Origin: Escherichia coli
GTDB taxonomy: Bacteria > Pseudomonadota > Gammaproteobacteria > Enterobacterales > Enterobacteriaceae
NCBI RefSeq assembly: GCF_003018115.1
Contig: NZ_CP027457.1
Length of the DNA: 64,000 bases
Strand: one strand, 5' to 3'
A program made the translations under genes and the position numbers. This document shows positions 29,290 through 39,026 of the stretch, piece after piece (position 1 is the first letter of the stretch; every line of letters starts with the position of its first letter). The notes beneath the pieces are model-generated. The model was not told where the DNA came from, did not search any database, and saw only the letters and a program-made list of their open reading frames with translations.

Positions 29290-29688
29290 ACTTTGCTCCT
29301 TATGAATGAGTTAGCGGTATAAACGAAAAGGCCGCGTCTCCCGGAGAAGACGCGGCCTGATGGATGAAATGAAGACGTTTATTGCCTGAGAATTCCCTCA
29401 CTGGCGAGATACGGATTTAGCTGTTTTCCGGCATCAGATTCAAAATTCCAGCACCGCCAGCGCAACTGACCTTCAGCGTTGCGGATCACCAGACGAAAAT
29501 GCGTACCCGGGTCATCCTTGATAAACACATTGCGGTAAGCGGTTATGACAGCAACCGCCTGCCCGTATGAGAAAGATCCTTCAGCCAGGACATACTCTGT
29601 GTGTAACCCGGCATATCTGGTTTCTCCTGATAAATAGCCTCTGCCACAACGTATGGCAGAGGCTGAAGCATGAAACTGACTTCAGGGA

Positions 29689-30144
29689 TCAGTTAACATT
29701 TTTTCCGGAAACGGTAATCAGCAGTGGATGGTAGTCCTGGGGATCGAAAACCGATAACGGCAGACTGACACGATGGCCGTTACTTTCTTCAGTTGCTTTA
29801 ATGATTTCGGTTGTGGCGACATTTTCCACGCACTCCGTTTCCAGAAATGCGTCTGTGGTTCGCGTGGCATTACTGTCACCAAAGGCTTCCGTTTCCATTT
29901 TTCTGGTCACCAGCGTCTGACCATATTTGTCTTTGAGTTGCAGAGTGATGGTGAGGGGGCCAAATCCTTCATAGTTTCCGCCATTATCCAGCCGGAACTG
30001 GTAGGCACAAATATTTCCCGGGAGCCATATCGTATCTGTATTGCGTATACTGATGTAACGTTGATCCTGTGCCCGGAGTGGGGCAGACCACGTTAACCCC
30101 AGAATGAAGGCGGTAATCATGCAGGTTTTGAACAGGTGAATCAT
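29689..30144 (-). CDS. hypothetical secreted protein (YfjT-like)
   Basis: 151 aa with signal peptide MIHLFKTCMITAFILGLTWSAPLRA. Confidence 0.5.
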   Translation of the reverse strand: MIHLFKTCMITAFILGLTWSAPLRAQDQRYISIRNTDTIWLPGNICAYQFRLDNGGNYEGFGPLTITLQLKDKYGQTLVTRKMETEAFGDSNATRTTDAFLETECVENVATTEIIKATEESNGHRVSLPLSVFDPQDYHPLLITVSGKNVN

Positions 30145-30219
30145 GGTATTTACCTCTCTGAGTCATGACGATGACACTGACAAATCAGGTGATAAAACGT
30201 AAAAGGCGCAGAATAGCCG

Positions 30220-32742
30220 TTATGCCGGTAACTCCGGGGGTAATGCTTCTTCCAGTCGGTTAACCATCTTGCCGAGATGGGATACATCATATTCCATGAC
30301 GGGGCGTTGCCTGATGATACTGACCACCAGTGGTTTGATTAACATATTGGTCGCGGCCCGTTGTTGTATACCGGCGGCGAAAATGATCTCCAGAGCATTC
30401 TGATCGATAACACGGGCCAGATTCGCGTTCAGATTTTCAATCTCATGTCCGGTCAGCAGGAAACTGCCGGCAAGCCATGTCACCTGCTCCTGAATCATTG
30501 CCAGAATTTTGACGCGATCTTCTTCAACCAGCGCTCCGGCAATTTTTCCTGATACAGCGGAGGCAATCATTCCCCCCAGAACACCGCCAACCACACGTCC
30601 TGTCAGTGCACCAAATGGTCCCAGTGGACTGAACAATATCCCGCCCGCCACTGACCCGACAGCACCACCTGCCACACCGGAAGATGCCACGGCAAGATTC
30701 CTGATGAACTGCGCACCGGAGATCCGTCCCCGCAACATTTTGATCATGTCAGGGCCGGTTGTGACAGCGACCAGTGCCAGAGATGTCACCAGCGTACCCT
30801 TCATCACTTTGTTCAGGGCACTGATATTTCCTGCACCGGTCCCCTTCTGAAGCGCCTGCCGGACAGTCGGGCTGGCCGTCGAAAAATCAATATGCTTCAG
30901 CATACCCTGAACAACACTGAGCCGGTGAAGTTGCTGGGTTGTGACGTAGACAGCCAGTGTGCGGGTGAAGGTTTTTCCTGCCTGGACAGCAGCTGTCTGC
31001 AGGGCAGCATCGCGATCGCCGGTGCTGAGCCAGAAGACCGATGCCGTCAGGGCAAAACTGATCCCTCCGGCCGCCAGACTGACAACCGCCCCCTCGGCAA
31101 TATCATAAGTGACCGATTCGATGGTCCCGAACCGGGTGATATTACGGGCCTGGGTATAAGTCAGATGTCCCCGACGAATCAGCCGGGACGCTTCTGCGGG
31201 ATCGGTTACACCGGGTACTTTACCTTCGCGGATCTTATTCTTCATGGTTTCCACAGCGCCGGCATACTGATCACGGGGGACTTCCAGTTGCATGGGACCA
31301 TGATTTCCCATGTAACGATACTGTCCGTTTTGTCCGTCGAATGCCGCACCGACGCTACGGGCTGCAGTTGAACAATATTTCGTCTGGATTTCTGTTCCGC
31401 TGACCAGTCTGTCTGCTCCATTTCTGGCATTATTATCACCGAGGATCCGTGCGTTTTTCAGACGGACTCTGTCGACAATATGGTTTCCCCGTTCAGCGGC
31501 AAACCCATGTCCCTGCCCTCCGGAAGCAAACATTTTCTCATTTGTACTCCAGGTTTCCGGCAGTTTCATGAGAATCAGACCATTCGCCGTTGCATCGGAA
31601 ATAAAACCGGTGTAAGAACGTTCATAAATGTCCTGACACAGTGTTTCTGTTTCGCGACAAAGAGAGGAGCAGTACCATTCCGGATCCGGCTTATGATTTT
31701 CCGGGGCATGATGTACTTCTGTCAGCCCGCAGGAGGCACAGATACGAAGCTCATCCACGTGGTGGAATGATACAAAACGGCGGCCTTCTGAAAAGGGGTA
31801 CCAGTCACCGCCGTCCAGGCAACGATCGAGAAAATCGTCATTCGCTTCCGGTGATAAATTCAGGCGGTTCCGGAAGAGGGTTTTCAGTTCATCAGGGGTA
31901 AATGACAGGCTCTCTCTCAGCTTTTCGTTGAAACCCGCCATGTTTCTTTCATACCAGGCATTGTCCAGTAGCCAGTTTCCGTCTGCCAGTTCAAATTCCC
32001 TCAGCTCTCCCCGGGAAATCCGTTGTGAAATGAGTGTCAGCCAGATGCGCTCCGTCAGCGTTTCAGGAAGGCTGTAATCGTTTTGCAAACTGCTCAGCCA
32101 CGATTTACTGTTGAGCACCGGTTGTTCTTCCAGTGTCTGGCGGATGGCACTGGTCAGTCTTTTCAGCGCCTGGATCTGGCTGGCCGCCCATAGCAGCGTC
32201 ACTAATGCAGCCAGCCAGTACAACAACCCGCCCCACCACATCAGTGAGGGTGAAATATCGAACTGCAATGCGATCAATGGTGCGTATGCAGAACACGCCA
32301 TAAGGAAAAAAGCAGTATAAAAACAGCAGTAATACCCGTTAATTTCCTTGCTGATATCTTCAGGTGTGAGCCCGTTCTGCTGAATGGTTCTTATCTGCAC
32401 GGGAAGAGCCAGCAGACCAGCAGCGAGAGCGGTGGTCAGAATAAATTTTACAGAGTCAAAAGTATGAGCCTCCAGTGCGATATGTTTACCATCAAGTCCC
32501 CACATGAAGCTGATGATCATTCCGGCAATCGTCAGAAATACGCCTGCCAGCCAGCGAATATGGAATAACCGGGTTATGCGTTCAGTGATATAGCCAGCCA
32601 GTAAAGCCGGGCCGAACAGACACAGCAATACGAATCCTGCCAGCGCAGACGCCGTGCTGGTTAATGCTCTGAACAAAAGGCGAAGAATGGCAAATCCTGC
32701 GATCAGCAGAATCAGCGCGCCGACTATCTGTAACATAGTCAC
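30220..32742 (-). CDS. yeeR: YeeR-like inner membrane protein, full length
   Basis: 840 aa, multiple N-terminal TM helices and Gly-rich C-terminal segments; directly downstream of flu. Confidence 0.7.
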   Translation of the reverse strand: MTMLQIVGALILLIAGFAILRLLFRALTSTASALAGFVLLCLFGPALLAGYITERITRLFHIRWLAGVFLTIAGMIISFMWGLDGKHIALEAHTFDSVKFILTTALAAGLLALPVQIRTIQQNGLTPEDISKEINGYYCCFYTAFFLMACSAYAPLIALQFDISPSLMWWGGLLYWLAALVTLLWAASQIQALKRLTSAIRQTLEEQPVLNSKSWLSSLQNDYSLPETLTERIWLTLISQRISRGELREFELADGNWLLDNAWYERNMAGFNEKLRESLSFTPDELKTLFRNRLNLSPEANDDFLDRCLDGGDWYPFSEGRRFVSFHHVDELRICASCGLTEVHHAPENHKPDPEWYCSSLCRETETLCQDIYERSYTGFISDATANGLILMKLPETWSTNEKMFASGGQGHGFAAERGNHIVDRVRLKNARILGDNNARNGADRLVSGTEIQTKYCSTAARSVGAAFDGQNGQYRYMGNHGPMQLEVPRDQYAGAVETMKNKIREGKVPGVTDPAEASRLIRRGHLTYTQARNITRFGTIESVTYDIAEGAVVSLAAGGISFALTASVFWLSTGDRDAALQTAAVQAGKTFTRTLAVYVTTQQLHRLSVVQGMLKHIDFSTASPTVRQALQKGTGAGNISALNKVMKGTLVTSLALVAVTTGPDMIKMLRGRISGAQFIRNLAVASSGVAGGAVGSVAGGILFSPLGPFGALTGRVVGGVLGGMIASAVSGKIAGALVEEDRVKILAMIQEQVTWLAGSFLLTGHEIENLNANLARVIDQNALEIIFAAGIQQRAATNMLIKPLVVSIIRQRPVMEYDVSHLGKMVNRLEEALPPELPA

Positions 32743-32856
32743 TCCGTGATGAATATCATGTTATTGTGAATGCCAGTGAATGTGGCACTGAAACGTTTTC
32801 CCCCGTCCGGGTCCCGGTCATGATGACCGGGACCACAGAGAGGCAATGCAGAATTA

Positions 32857-35800
32857 TCAGAAGGTCACATTCAGCGTGGCCTGACTGCTATAACCTTCAG
32901 CGCTGCTGCCGTTGATGCTGTGGGCATAACCGGCCTGAACGCCCAGGGTGATATTTTCCCGGACACGGGCTTCCAGTCCGGCCTGCAGATCCAGTGAAGT
33001 GCCATTCTGTGAGGGAGAGAACGTCATCCCGCTGCCTGCGGTGGAGGTCCCCACACGCATATCACCCCGGGAGCTGAAGGTGCGGATAACGGAAGGCTGT
33101 ACCCACCAGTTCACCGGCAGTTCACGCACACTGTGTTTTGCACTGTCACGCAGGGGGGCACGGGATGAGGTGCCTTCACCAAAGGTCATATCGTTGTGGC
33201 TGCCCAGACGGAAACCGGCACGCACATGCTGTGCACTGCCATGCCCGAACTTCACATAACCGGCGTTGTCCTTACCGTCATCCAGCGAAAGCCCCTGCCA
33301 GGTGTACTGCAGCCGTGGCTCCAGCATCAGGTTGTCAGTGATACTGAAGGGCAGACCGGTTTCCAGTGAGCCCAGCCAGCCCCAGCCCCGTGCGCGGAAG
33401 TCGTTATTGCCCGATGACGCTTTCATACTGTGGCGGGTTCCCTGTGCCACAATGTCAGCCCACAGGCCGGAGGAGGTGTGTGCCAGGTTCATATATCCGC
33501 CCAGGCTGCCGGCATCATCCCGGACCGTGCCGGCGCGGGAGCCGTCATCATCCTTAACATCAACGGAAGAATGGCCTGCAGCACCATACACTCCTGTCGT
33601 CAGTGACATACCGGCGACCTCTGTTCTGAGCAGGTCACCCTCCAGACGGACGAAGCCATAGCTGCCGCTGCTTTCCGGCGTGGCCCCACGGGCAATACCG
33701 CCGTTGTTATCGTGACCGAGATGGCCGCCCTGAATGCTGAGACGGACGCTGTTATTTTCACCGTTTACACCGGTCTGATGGCTGCGGGAGCCTGCCAGAA
33801 TCCGGTCATAGTCCATTGCCTGTGTCAGCATGGAGGCGTACAGGGGGACTTCAGCACGATAACGTTCTTCACTGCGCAGATACCAGCTCTCATCACTGTC
33901 CCGGTTGAGGGTGTAGTTAAAGGCCCCGGCCTGCAGCATATTCCCCTGGACAAAAGCCCCTTCCTCCGTGGTGGCACCGTTAATGGCCTCAACCACCTGA
34001 ATACCCTTACCGGTGGTCGCCAGCCCCGTACCACTGTTGCCGGCGTTCACCAGATTCAGGATGGTTTTTCCGGTTGCCCTGCCACCGTCAATGACCAGTC
34101 TGTCAGCATTGTTCTGCGCCATATCCGGACGTACACGCAGGCTGATGGTGCCATTCTGCCCGTTCAGGTTTTTCACCTGCAGAGTTGTCGGAACGAACTT
34201 CCCTGTGCGGGCGGAGGTGAAATGAATCTGTCCGGCATGGCTGAGGTCATCCACCACCGACTGAACCGTGGCGTTATCGGGAATATTCCAGGTGGCACCA
34301 GAGGCGAGAGTGACATTCGTGGGGTCAATGGCACCGTTCAGCACTGTGCTGCCGGTCAGCTTCAGGGCCGTGCCGCGCTGAGCAATGACATCCGTGGTGA
34401 CGGTACTGTCGTTCAGCGTCAGCGTGCCTTCATTCAGGTTGACGGCTTTCTGGGTGAGTGTGGTGTTGCTGACAGTGAGTGTTCCACTTCCTGATTTTTC
34501 CACCCTGCCGTTACCGGTGAGAGAGCCTCCCTGCAGGAGTGCATCGCCTTCACGGATGGTCAGGGTATCGTTGTTCACCGTCTTCCCGGAAAGGGTAAGT
34601 ATGGCGCCGTTATTCAGCGTGGTGGTGCCCGCCAGTGTGCCGCCCCTGGCGGTGAACAGTCCGCCATTTACCGTGGTATCCGTGGCCGTATCACCGGCGT
34701 TCAGCGTGAATGAACTGCCTTTTTCCAGCATCAGGGCATCCGCCTGACCGCCTCCGATACGGAATGCCTTTCCGTCGCTCCGGGTACCACTGACAGCGGC
34801 ACCGGAATCGGCCAGCAGTACACCGCCATTTCCCATGGATACGGTGGTGGCGGTGCCACCGTTGCGGACATCCAGCGTTCCGCCATCATCCACGCGGGTA
34901 TTAGTGGCTGTGTGTCCGGTCAGCACATCCAGGCGTCCGCCATTTTCCAGTACGACATTATCAGCTTTACCCTCCACAACAGAGAATGCTCCCAGGCGGT
35001 TTATGCCGGTAACGGTTGCAGCCGTACTGGTAACCAGTGCGCCGCCCTGCTTCAGGGTGACATTCGTGGCTGTACCACCGGCGTCCACCTGCAGTCTGCC
35101 CTTCTGATTAACGGTGGTATTCCCGGCCACACCCCCGTTTTTGACAATCTGCCAGCCGTCACTGTTCACAACAGTGTCAGACGCTGTACCGCCGTTGTGC
35201 ACATACTGGTATCCCCCATTCAGCGTGGTATCCAGTGCGTGACCATGTACAGTCTGGTCGCCGCCGGCATAAACCACAGTGGTATTTGCCGTTCCTTCAG
35301 TTCTCACAATCTGGCGACCGTTTTTATTGATGGTTGTGCGTACGGCATCCCCGCGAACAAACTGCCCGGTATCACCGTTTTCTGCATCCGGTCCCCCTTC
35401 CGCCCCGGTATTAACAACGGTATCCGTTGCCACTGTACCGGGCTTGACGACCTGCCAGCCCTTATCATTAATGACGGTTCCTGTGGCTATCGCCCCCTCA
35501 TGCATCCACTGTTCGCCACCATTCAGCGTGGTGTTCACTGCCCGTCCCTGAAGGCTCTGTCCGCCTCCGGCACTGATAACCGTGTCTGAGACACTTCCAC
35601 CGGGGTTCACTCTCTGAAGACCACCACTGGTGACAGTCGTTTTGTTGGCTGTTCCGCTATCCTGTACCCATTGCCCGCCGGTATTGGCCTCATTGTCCGG
35701 CCCGTACTCCAGACCGGTACTGATGGTCATTCCGTTGACCGTACCGAAGACAATCTGGTTGTCATGATTTGTCAGTGTTCCGCCGTTCACGGTTTCTCCC

Positions 35801-35976
35801 GCCTGTACAACCGTGTCAGCAGCCAGTGCCGGGACTGACGTGACAGCAGCAAGAGACAGCGCAACCGCCACACCAGCGCGTTTTCCCCGTGAGCGGGCCA
35901 GTTCGGAGGCCACCACCAGGGTGCCCGTAATGTGATTCCATACCAGCCTGTAGCTGGTGTTCAGATGTCGTTTCAT
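32857..35976 (-). CDS. flu: antigen 43 self-associating autotransporter adhesin
   Basis: 1039 aa from ATG 35976 (MKRHLNTSYRLVWNHITGTLVVASELARSRGKRAG...), repeat passenger domain, C-terminal beta-barrel ending ...ATLNVTF; track ORF extended 25 codons. Confidence 0.95.
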   Translation of the reverse strand: MKRHLNTSYRLVWNHITGTLVVASELARSRGKRAGVAVALSLAAVTSVPALAADTVVQAGETVNGGTLTNHDNQIVFGTVNGMTISTGLEYGPDNEANTGGQWVQDSGTANKTTVTSGGLQRVNPGGSVSDTVISAGGGQSLQGRAVNTTLNGGEQWMHEGAIATGTVINDKGWQVVKPGTVATDTVVNTGAEGGPDAENGDTGQFVRGDAVRTTINKNGRQIVRTEGTANTTVVYAGGDQTVHGHALDTTLNGGYQYVHNGGTASDTVVNSDGWQIVKNGGVAGNTTVNQKGRLQVDAGGTATNVTLKQGGALVTSTAATVTGINRLGAFSVVEGKADNVVLENGGRLDVLTGHTATNTRVDDGGTLDVRNGGTATTVSMGNGGVLLADSGAAVSGTRSDGKAFRIGGGQADALMLEKGSSFTLNAGDTATDTTVNGGLFTARGGTLAGTTTLNNGAILTLSGKTVNNDTLTIREGDALLQGGSLTGNGRVEKSGSGTLTVSNTTLTQKAVNLNEGTLTLNDSTVTTDVIAQRGTALKLTGSTVLNGAIDPTNVTLASGATWNIPDNATVQSVVDDLSHAGQIHFTSARTGKFVPTTLQVKNLNGQNGTISLRVRPDMAQNNADRLVIDGGRATGKTILNLVNAGNSGTGLATTGKGIQVVEAINGATTEEGAFVQGNMLQAGAFNYTLNRDSDESWYLRSEERYRAEVPLYASMLTQAMDYDRILAGSRSHQTGVNGENNSVRLSIQGGHLGHDNNGGIARGATPESSGSYGFVRLEGDLLRTEVAGMSLTTGVYGAAGHSSVDVKDDDGSRAGTVRDDAGSLGGYMNLAHTSSGLWADIVAQGTRHSMKASSGNNDFRARGWGWLGSLETGLPFSITDNLMLEPRLQYTWQGLSLDDGKDNAGYVKFGHGSAQHVRAGFRLGSHNDMTFGEGTSSRAPLRDSAKHSVRELPVNWWVQPSVIRTFSSRGDMRVGTSTAGSGMTFSPSQNGTSLDLQAGLEARVRENITLGVQAGYAHSINGSSAEGYSSQATLNVTF

Positions 35977-36189
35977 CAGCTTTTCCTTACAGAGGGTGAA
36001 TAAAAAAGCCGGTACCCACAAATGTGGATACCGGCAGGTACAAAACAGCATGGTCAGATAAAGTGGTTTTTCCCGGACATAAATGCTTCCCCTCTCTCAT
36101 CCGCCAGAGAAGTATCAGTCCGTTGTGTGCAATTCCGTTCTGCATGATGAAGAGATTCAGCTGCCTTTTCGCAGGCCATTAACCACCAT

Positions 36190-36232
36190 AAACGATCGAT
36201 AGTAACGATCGATACCTGTTTTATCGATCGTT
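36190..36232 (-). promoter_or_regulatory. flu phase-variation switch (three Dam GATC sites)
   Basis: GATC at 36194-36197, 36207-36210 and 36226-36229 in aacGATCgatagtaacGATCgatacctgttttatcGATCg, upstream of flu. Confidence 0.75.
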
Positions 36233-36348
36233 TTATTCTATTGATAGCAGAGCGGTCACGCAAGAGAAACAGGAGGGGCATGAGGTGTTTGTATCATGTT
36301 TTCAGTTGGTTAACGCAATGTAATCAGGCATTTCCCCTGGCAGACTGT

Positions 36349-37221
36349 TCAGAAGAAAATCCAGTTCCATACCGCGCGGGCAACAGAGACCACCGAGTCA
36401 CGGACGGCACGCAGAACCGTGCGTGCAACAGAGGCAATACAGACGCTCTCCGCCGTGTCAAATATCCGGTCCACCGCACCGGTAAACTGTTCACGGGCCT
36501 GAGACCGGACAGATTCCGTGCGCAGCTCGTCCTGCAGGCGGGTCATCAGGGGGCTGGCGGCATGGTCGGGAAGCGCTGTCATGAGCGCACTGACCAGCGT
36601 ATCCAGTTCCCAGCCGGTGCGGGCCGATACGGCAACAACCGGATGTACGGGCCGGAACAGACGGAATACCGCCTCCGTTTTTTCGCGAATGTTCTGTGCC
36701 TGTGCGGGAGAAGGCTGAATGCCGGCCATATCCCATTCATGGCAGGGCTCCGTTTTGTCGGCCTGCGTCACCACAAACAGCACCTGCTGATGCCCCCGGT
36801 GCAGAATGTGTCGCCAGAAATACTCATCCACAGACAGGGCCCGGTCATCGGCTTTAATCAGCCACAGTACCAGGTCCAGTTCAGACAGAATGTTACGGTA
36901 CAGGGCTTCATACTCTGCATCCCTGTCACGGCTCTCGCCCACCCCGGGCAGGTCAGTGATAACCATGCTGTGACCGTGACCACTCAGACGGAAGCGCTGC
37001 ACTTCCCGGGTGCCGGCGTGAACATCACTGACCGGGGTGACCTCCCCCTGAAACAGTGCATTACAGAGTGAGGATTTACCGGCCCCGCTTTTCCCCATAA
37101 TGCCAATCACGGGTTCGTGACTGGTGAGTTTGCGCAGATGTTCCAGGATGTGACGGGAAAGTGAGTAAGGCAGGGAAGAAAGTGGTTTTTCAATTGCCTC
37201 AATGGCATCAGACGGATTCAT
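36349..37221 (-). CDS. yeeP: YeeP/YfjP-family GTPase
   Basis: 290 aa from ATG 37221 (MNPSDAIEAIEKPL...), P-loop GKSGAGKSSL and G3 motif DLPG. Confidence 0.8.
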   Translation of the reverse strand: MNPSDAIEAIEKPLSSLPYSLSRHILEHLRKLTSHEPVIGIMGKSGAGKSSLCNALFQGEVTPVSDVHAGTREVQRFRLSGHGHSMVITDLPGVGESRDRDAEYEALYRNILSELDLVLWLIKADDRALSVDEYFWRHILHRGHQQVLFVVTQADKTEPCHEWDMAGIQPSPAQAQNIREKTEAVFRLFRPVHPVVAVSARTGWELDTLVSALMTALPDHAASPLMTRLQDELRTESVRSQAREQFTGAVDRIFDTAESVCIASVARTVLRAVRDSVVSVARAVWNWIFF

Positions 37222-37384
37222 ACATGTATTCCCGGTGAAAAAAGACAAAACCCCGCGCACCGGAAAGATGGCGGGGGATTCACGGAGATAATATCTGTCT
37301 GAAATTATTTGAAATGCAGGTATATGCAGCTAATTTGTATCAGCTTATTGGTACAGTACTAAACCTCATCTGACAGTCCGCTCT

Positions 37385-37399
37385 GTGCCAGGAGCGGAC
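37385..37399 (+). repeat. 15-bp direct repeat, copy 1 (gtgccaggagcggac)
   Basis: Identical 15-mer recurs at 38896-38910; this copy lies inside the hairpin gtccgct-N10-agcggac. Confidence 0.5.
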
Positions 37400-37502
37400 A
37401 TTCCGATATTGAAAAGTAAATTGTCTTGCTGTATTTTTTCAGTCATAAAAATGAATAAGGATTCTCAGATGAGTGAGATATTTGAACTATTCAGTTCTAC
37501 TG

Positions 37503-38228
37503 TCAGTCCTTAAGTTTATTCATAGAAAGCCGCTCTTGGCGTTTAAGCTCATTTAAAGTGAAAAAAGCACATTTATTAGATAAAATATAAATAGTTCCTA
37601 CTAACCGATGTAAGCGCCTCATTTTTTCGGGCATAGAGAATTCAGCATTTTTGACAAACATTAAAGAATCAACCCCAGCAGAGAACATATATTGTAAACT
37701 TTCCATATTAAAAGCCTCTAGTGGATTTACTTCGTTAATATCAATACTATTAACAGACCTCTCTATTTCGAGGTAATCTTCACTTGTCATTGAATAGTCT
37801 ATTTTATGAGCGAATTTATTGCGGATAGAATTCAGCTTAACTAAAGAATTTGCAATTGAGAGAGGTAAACCTAAAGCAACACAGATCTCCAGTTTTGGAG
37901 TAAAATATCGTGATGGTTTAACGAACTGCTCAGTACCAGGCTTCCTAACATTGTTGATGAATACTTCCAAGAAATTCTCAATCAATAGGCTAAGTCTTAG
38001 CAAGACTGATGCTTCGTCATTTATACTTAGTAAAGGTGCAAATTTTTCTGCGTCAAGAAAGAAACCGAGGTCATTATTAATCGCTACATATCCAGTTAGA
38101 TTGTTATTTGACTTCATATTCATAAAAACCTTATCTTGTATATTAGCGGCATATTGTACCATAAATTGAATCGTGGTTTGTTCTAAGAATGGACACAAGA
38201 ACTTCCTCTCCTCACTCATAAGAGACAA
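37503..38228 (-). CDS. AT-rich hypothetical protein with HEPN-like Rx4H motif
   Basis: Track ORF of 241 aa (TTG start); likelier start ATG 38123 (MNMKSNNN..., AAGG RBS); motif LNSIRNKFAHKIDY fits the HEPN Rx4-6H signature; AT-rich codon usage. Confidence 0.45.
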   Translation of the reverse strand: MSLMSEERKFLCPFLEQTTIQFMVQYAANIQDKVFMNMKSNNNLTGYVAINNDLGFFLDAEKFAPLLSINDEASVLLRLSLLIENFLEVFINNVRKPGTEQFVKPSRYFTPKLEICVALGLPLSIANSLVKLNSIRNKFAHKIDYSMTSEDYLEIERSVNSIDINEVNPLEAFNMESLQYMFSAGVDSLMFVKNAEFSMPEKMRRLHRLVGTIYILSNKCAFFTLNELKRQERLSMNKLKD

Positions 38229-38230
38229 CC

Positions 38231-38267
38231 ATACTCAAATCTCCCACATTGCAGGAGATTTGAGTAT
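38231..38267. promoter_or_regulatory. perfect 14-bp inverted repeat in the divergent control region
   Basis: atactcaaatctcc (38231-38244) and ggagatttgagtat (38254-38267) separated by 9 bp; right arm contains the recombinase RBS (aggag) and first two bases of its ATG. Confidence 0.5.
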
Positions 38268-38868
38268 GAACACGTCACCGTGGAACAAAGACCGTATCAT
38301 CGCCCAAAAAAGACCACTTCAGATATCTCATATCTGGGAGATCCGAATCCGGCTTGAACTGGAAGGTAAAACGCGCGATTTAGCTCTGTTCAATATGGCC
38401 CAGGACAGTAAGCTTCGAGGCTGTGATCTGGTCAAACTCAAAGTATCGAATGTGGCATATGGTAGCTCGGTTTCAAGCAGAGAAACGGTGTTGCAACAAA
38501 AAACCGGTAACCTTGTGCAATTCGAGATAACCAAAGGGACAAGAGAAGCTGTTGCTGCATTGATAAAGCTTGGCAATTTGCACAGTAAAGACTTCTTGTT
38601 TCGGTCTCGGGTCGGAACTAATCGGCACATATCAACCCAGCAATACAGCCGAATTTTTCATGGGTGGGTAGAAAAGCTTGGTCTCGAAGCTTCGCTGTAC
38701 AGCACACAATCCATGAGAAGAACAAAACCTTACCTAATCTACAAGAAAACCAAGAATCTCCGGATCATCCAACTTCTGTTGGGTCATAAGAAACTGGAAA
38801 GCACGATCCGTTATCTGGGCATTGAAGTCGATGATGCGTTAGAGACCTCTGAATCGATTGAAGTCTAA
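38266..38868 (+). CDS. short (200 aa) tyrosine recombinase, FimB/FimE-like catalytic-domain-only architecture
   Basis: ATG 38266 with AGGAG RBS; Arg-I in SKLRGCDL, C-terminal LLGHKKLESTIRYLG with candidate catalytic Tyr; no N-terminal core-binding domain. Confidence 0.65.
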   Translation: MNTSPWNKDRIIAQKRPLQISHIWEIRIRLELEGKTRDLALFNMAQDSKLRGCDLVKLKVSNVAYGSSVSSRETVLQQKTGNLVQFEITKGTREAVAALIKLGNLHSKDFLFRSRVGTNRHISTQQYSRIFHGWVEKLGLEASLYSTQSMRRTKPYLIYKKTKNLRIIQLLLGHKKLESTIRYLGIEVDDALETSESIEV

Positions 38869-38895
38869 GGTTGTCAGAGCTGCAATAGCAGCCCC

Positions 38896-38910
38896 GTGCC
38901 AGGAGCGGAC
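38896..38910 (+). repeat. 15-bp direct repeat, copy 2 (gtgccaggagcggac)
   Basis: Identical to 37385-37399; the two copies bracket the HEPN-like gene and the short recombinase. Confidence 0.5.
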
Positions 38911-39026
38911 CTAACTAAGTTCATACAACATTGATTATTGAAGATTAGGTCAGAAATAAATACTTTATTTTGATAATTTAGTTACGTTAGAACACCGCAA
39001 TGTACAACGTAAAAATGAGGAATAAT

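Noticed and set aside
33712-34494. 260-aa plus-strand ORF and several other plus-strand ORFs between 32948 and 35589
   Set aside because: All lie antisense within flu; the repetitive GC-rich passenger domain generates long stop-free antisense frames
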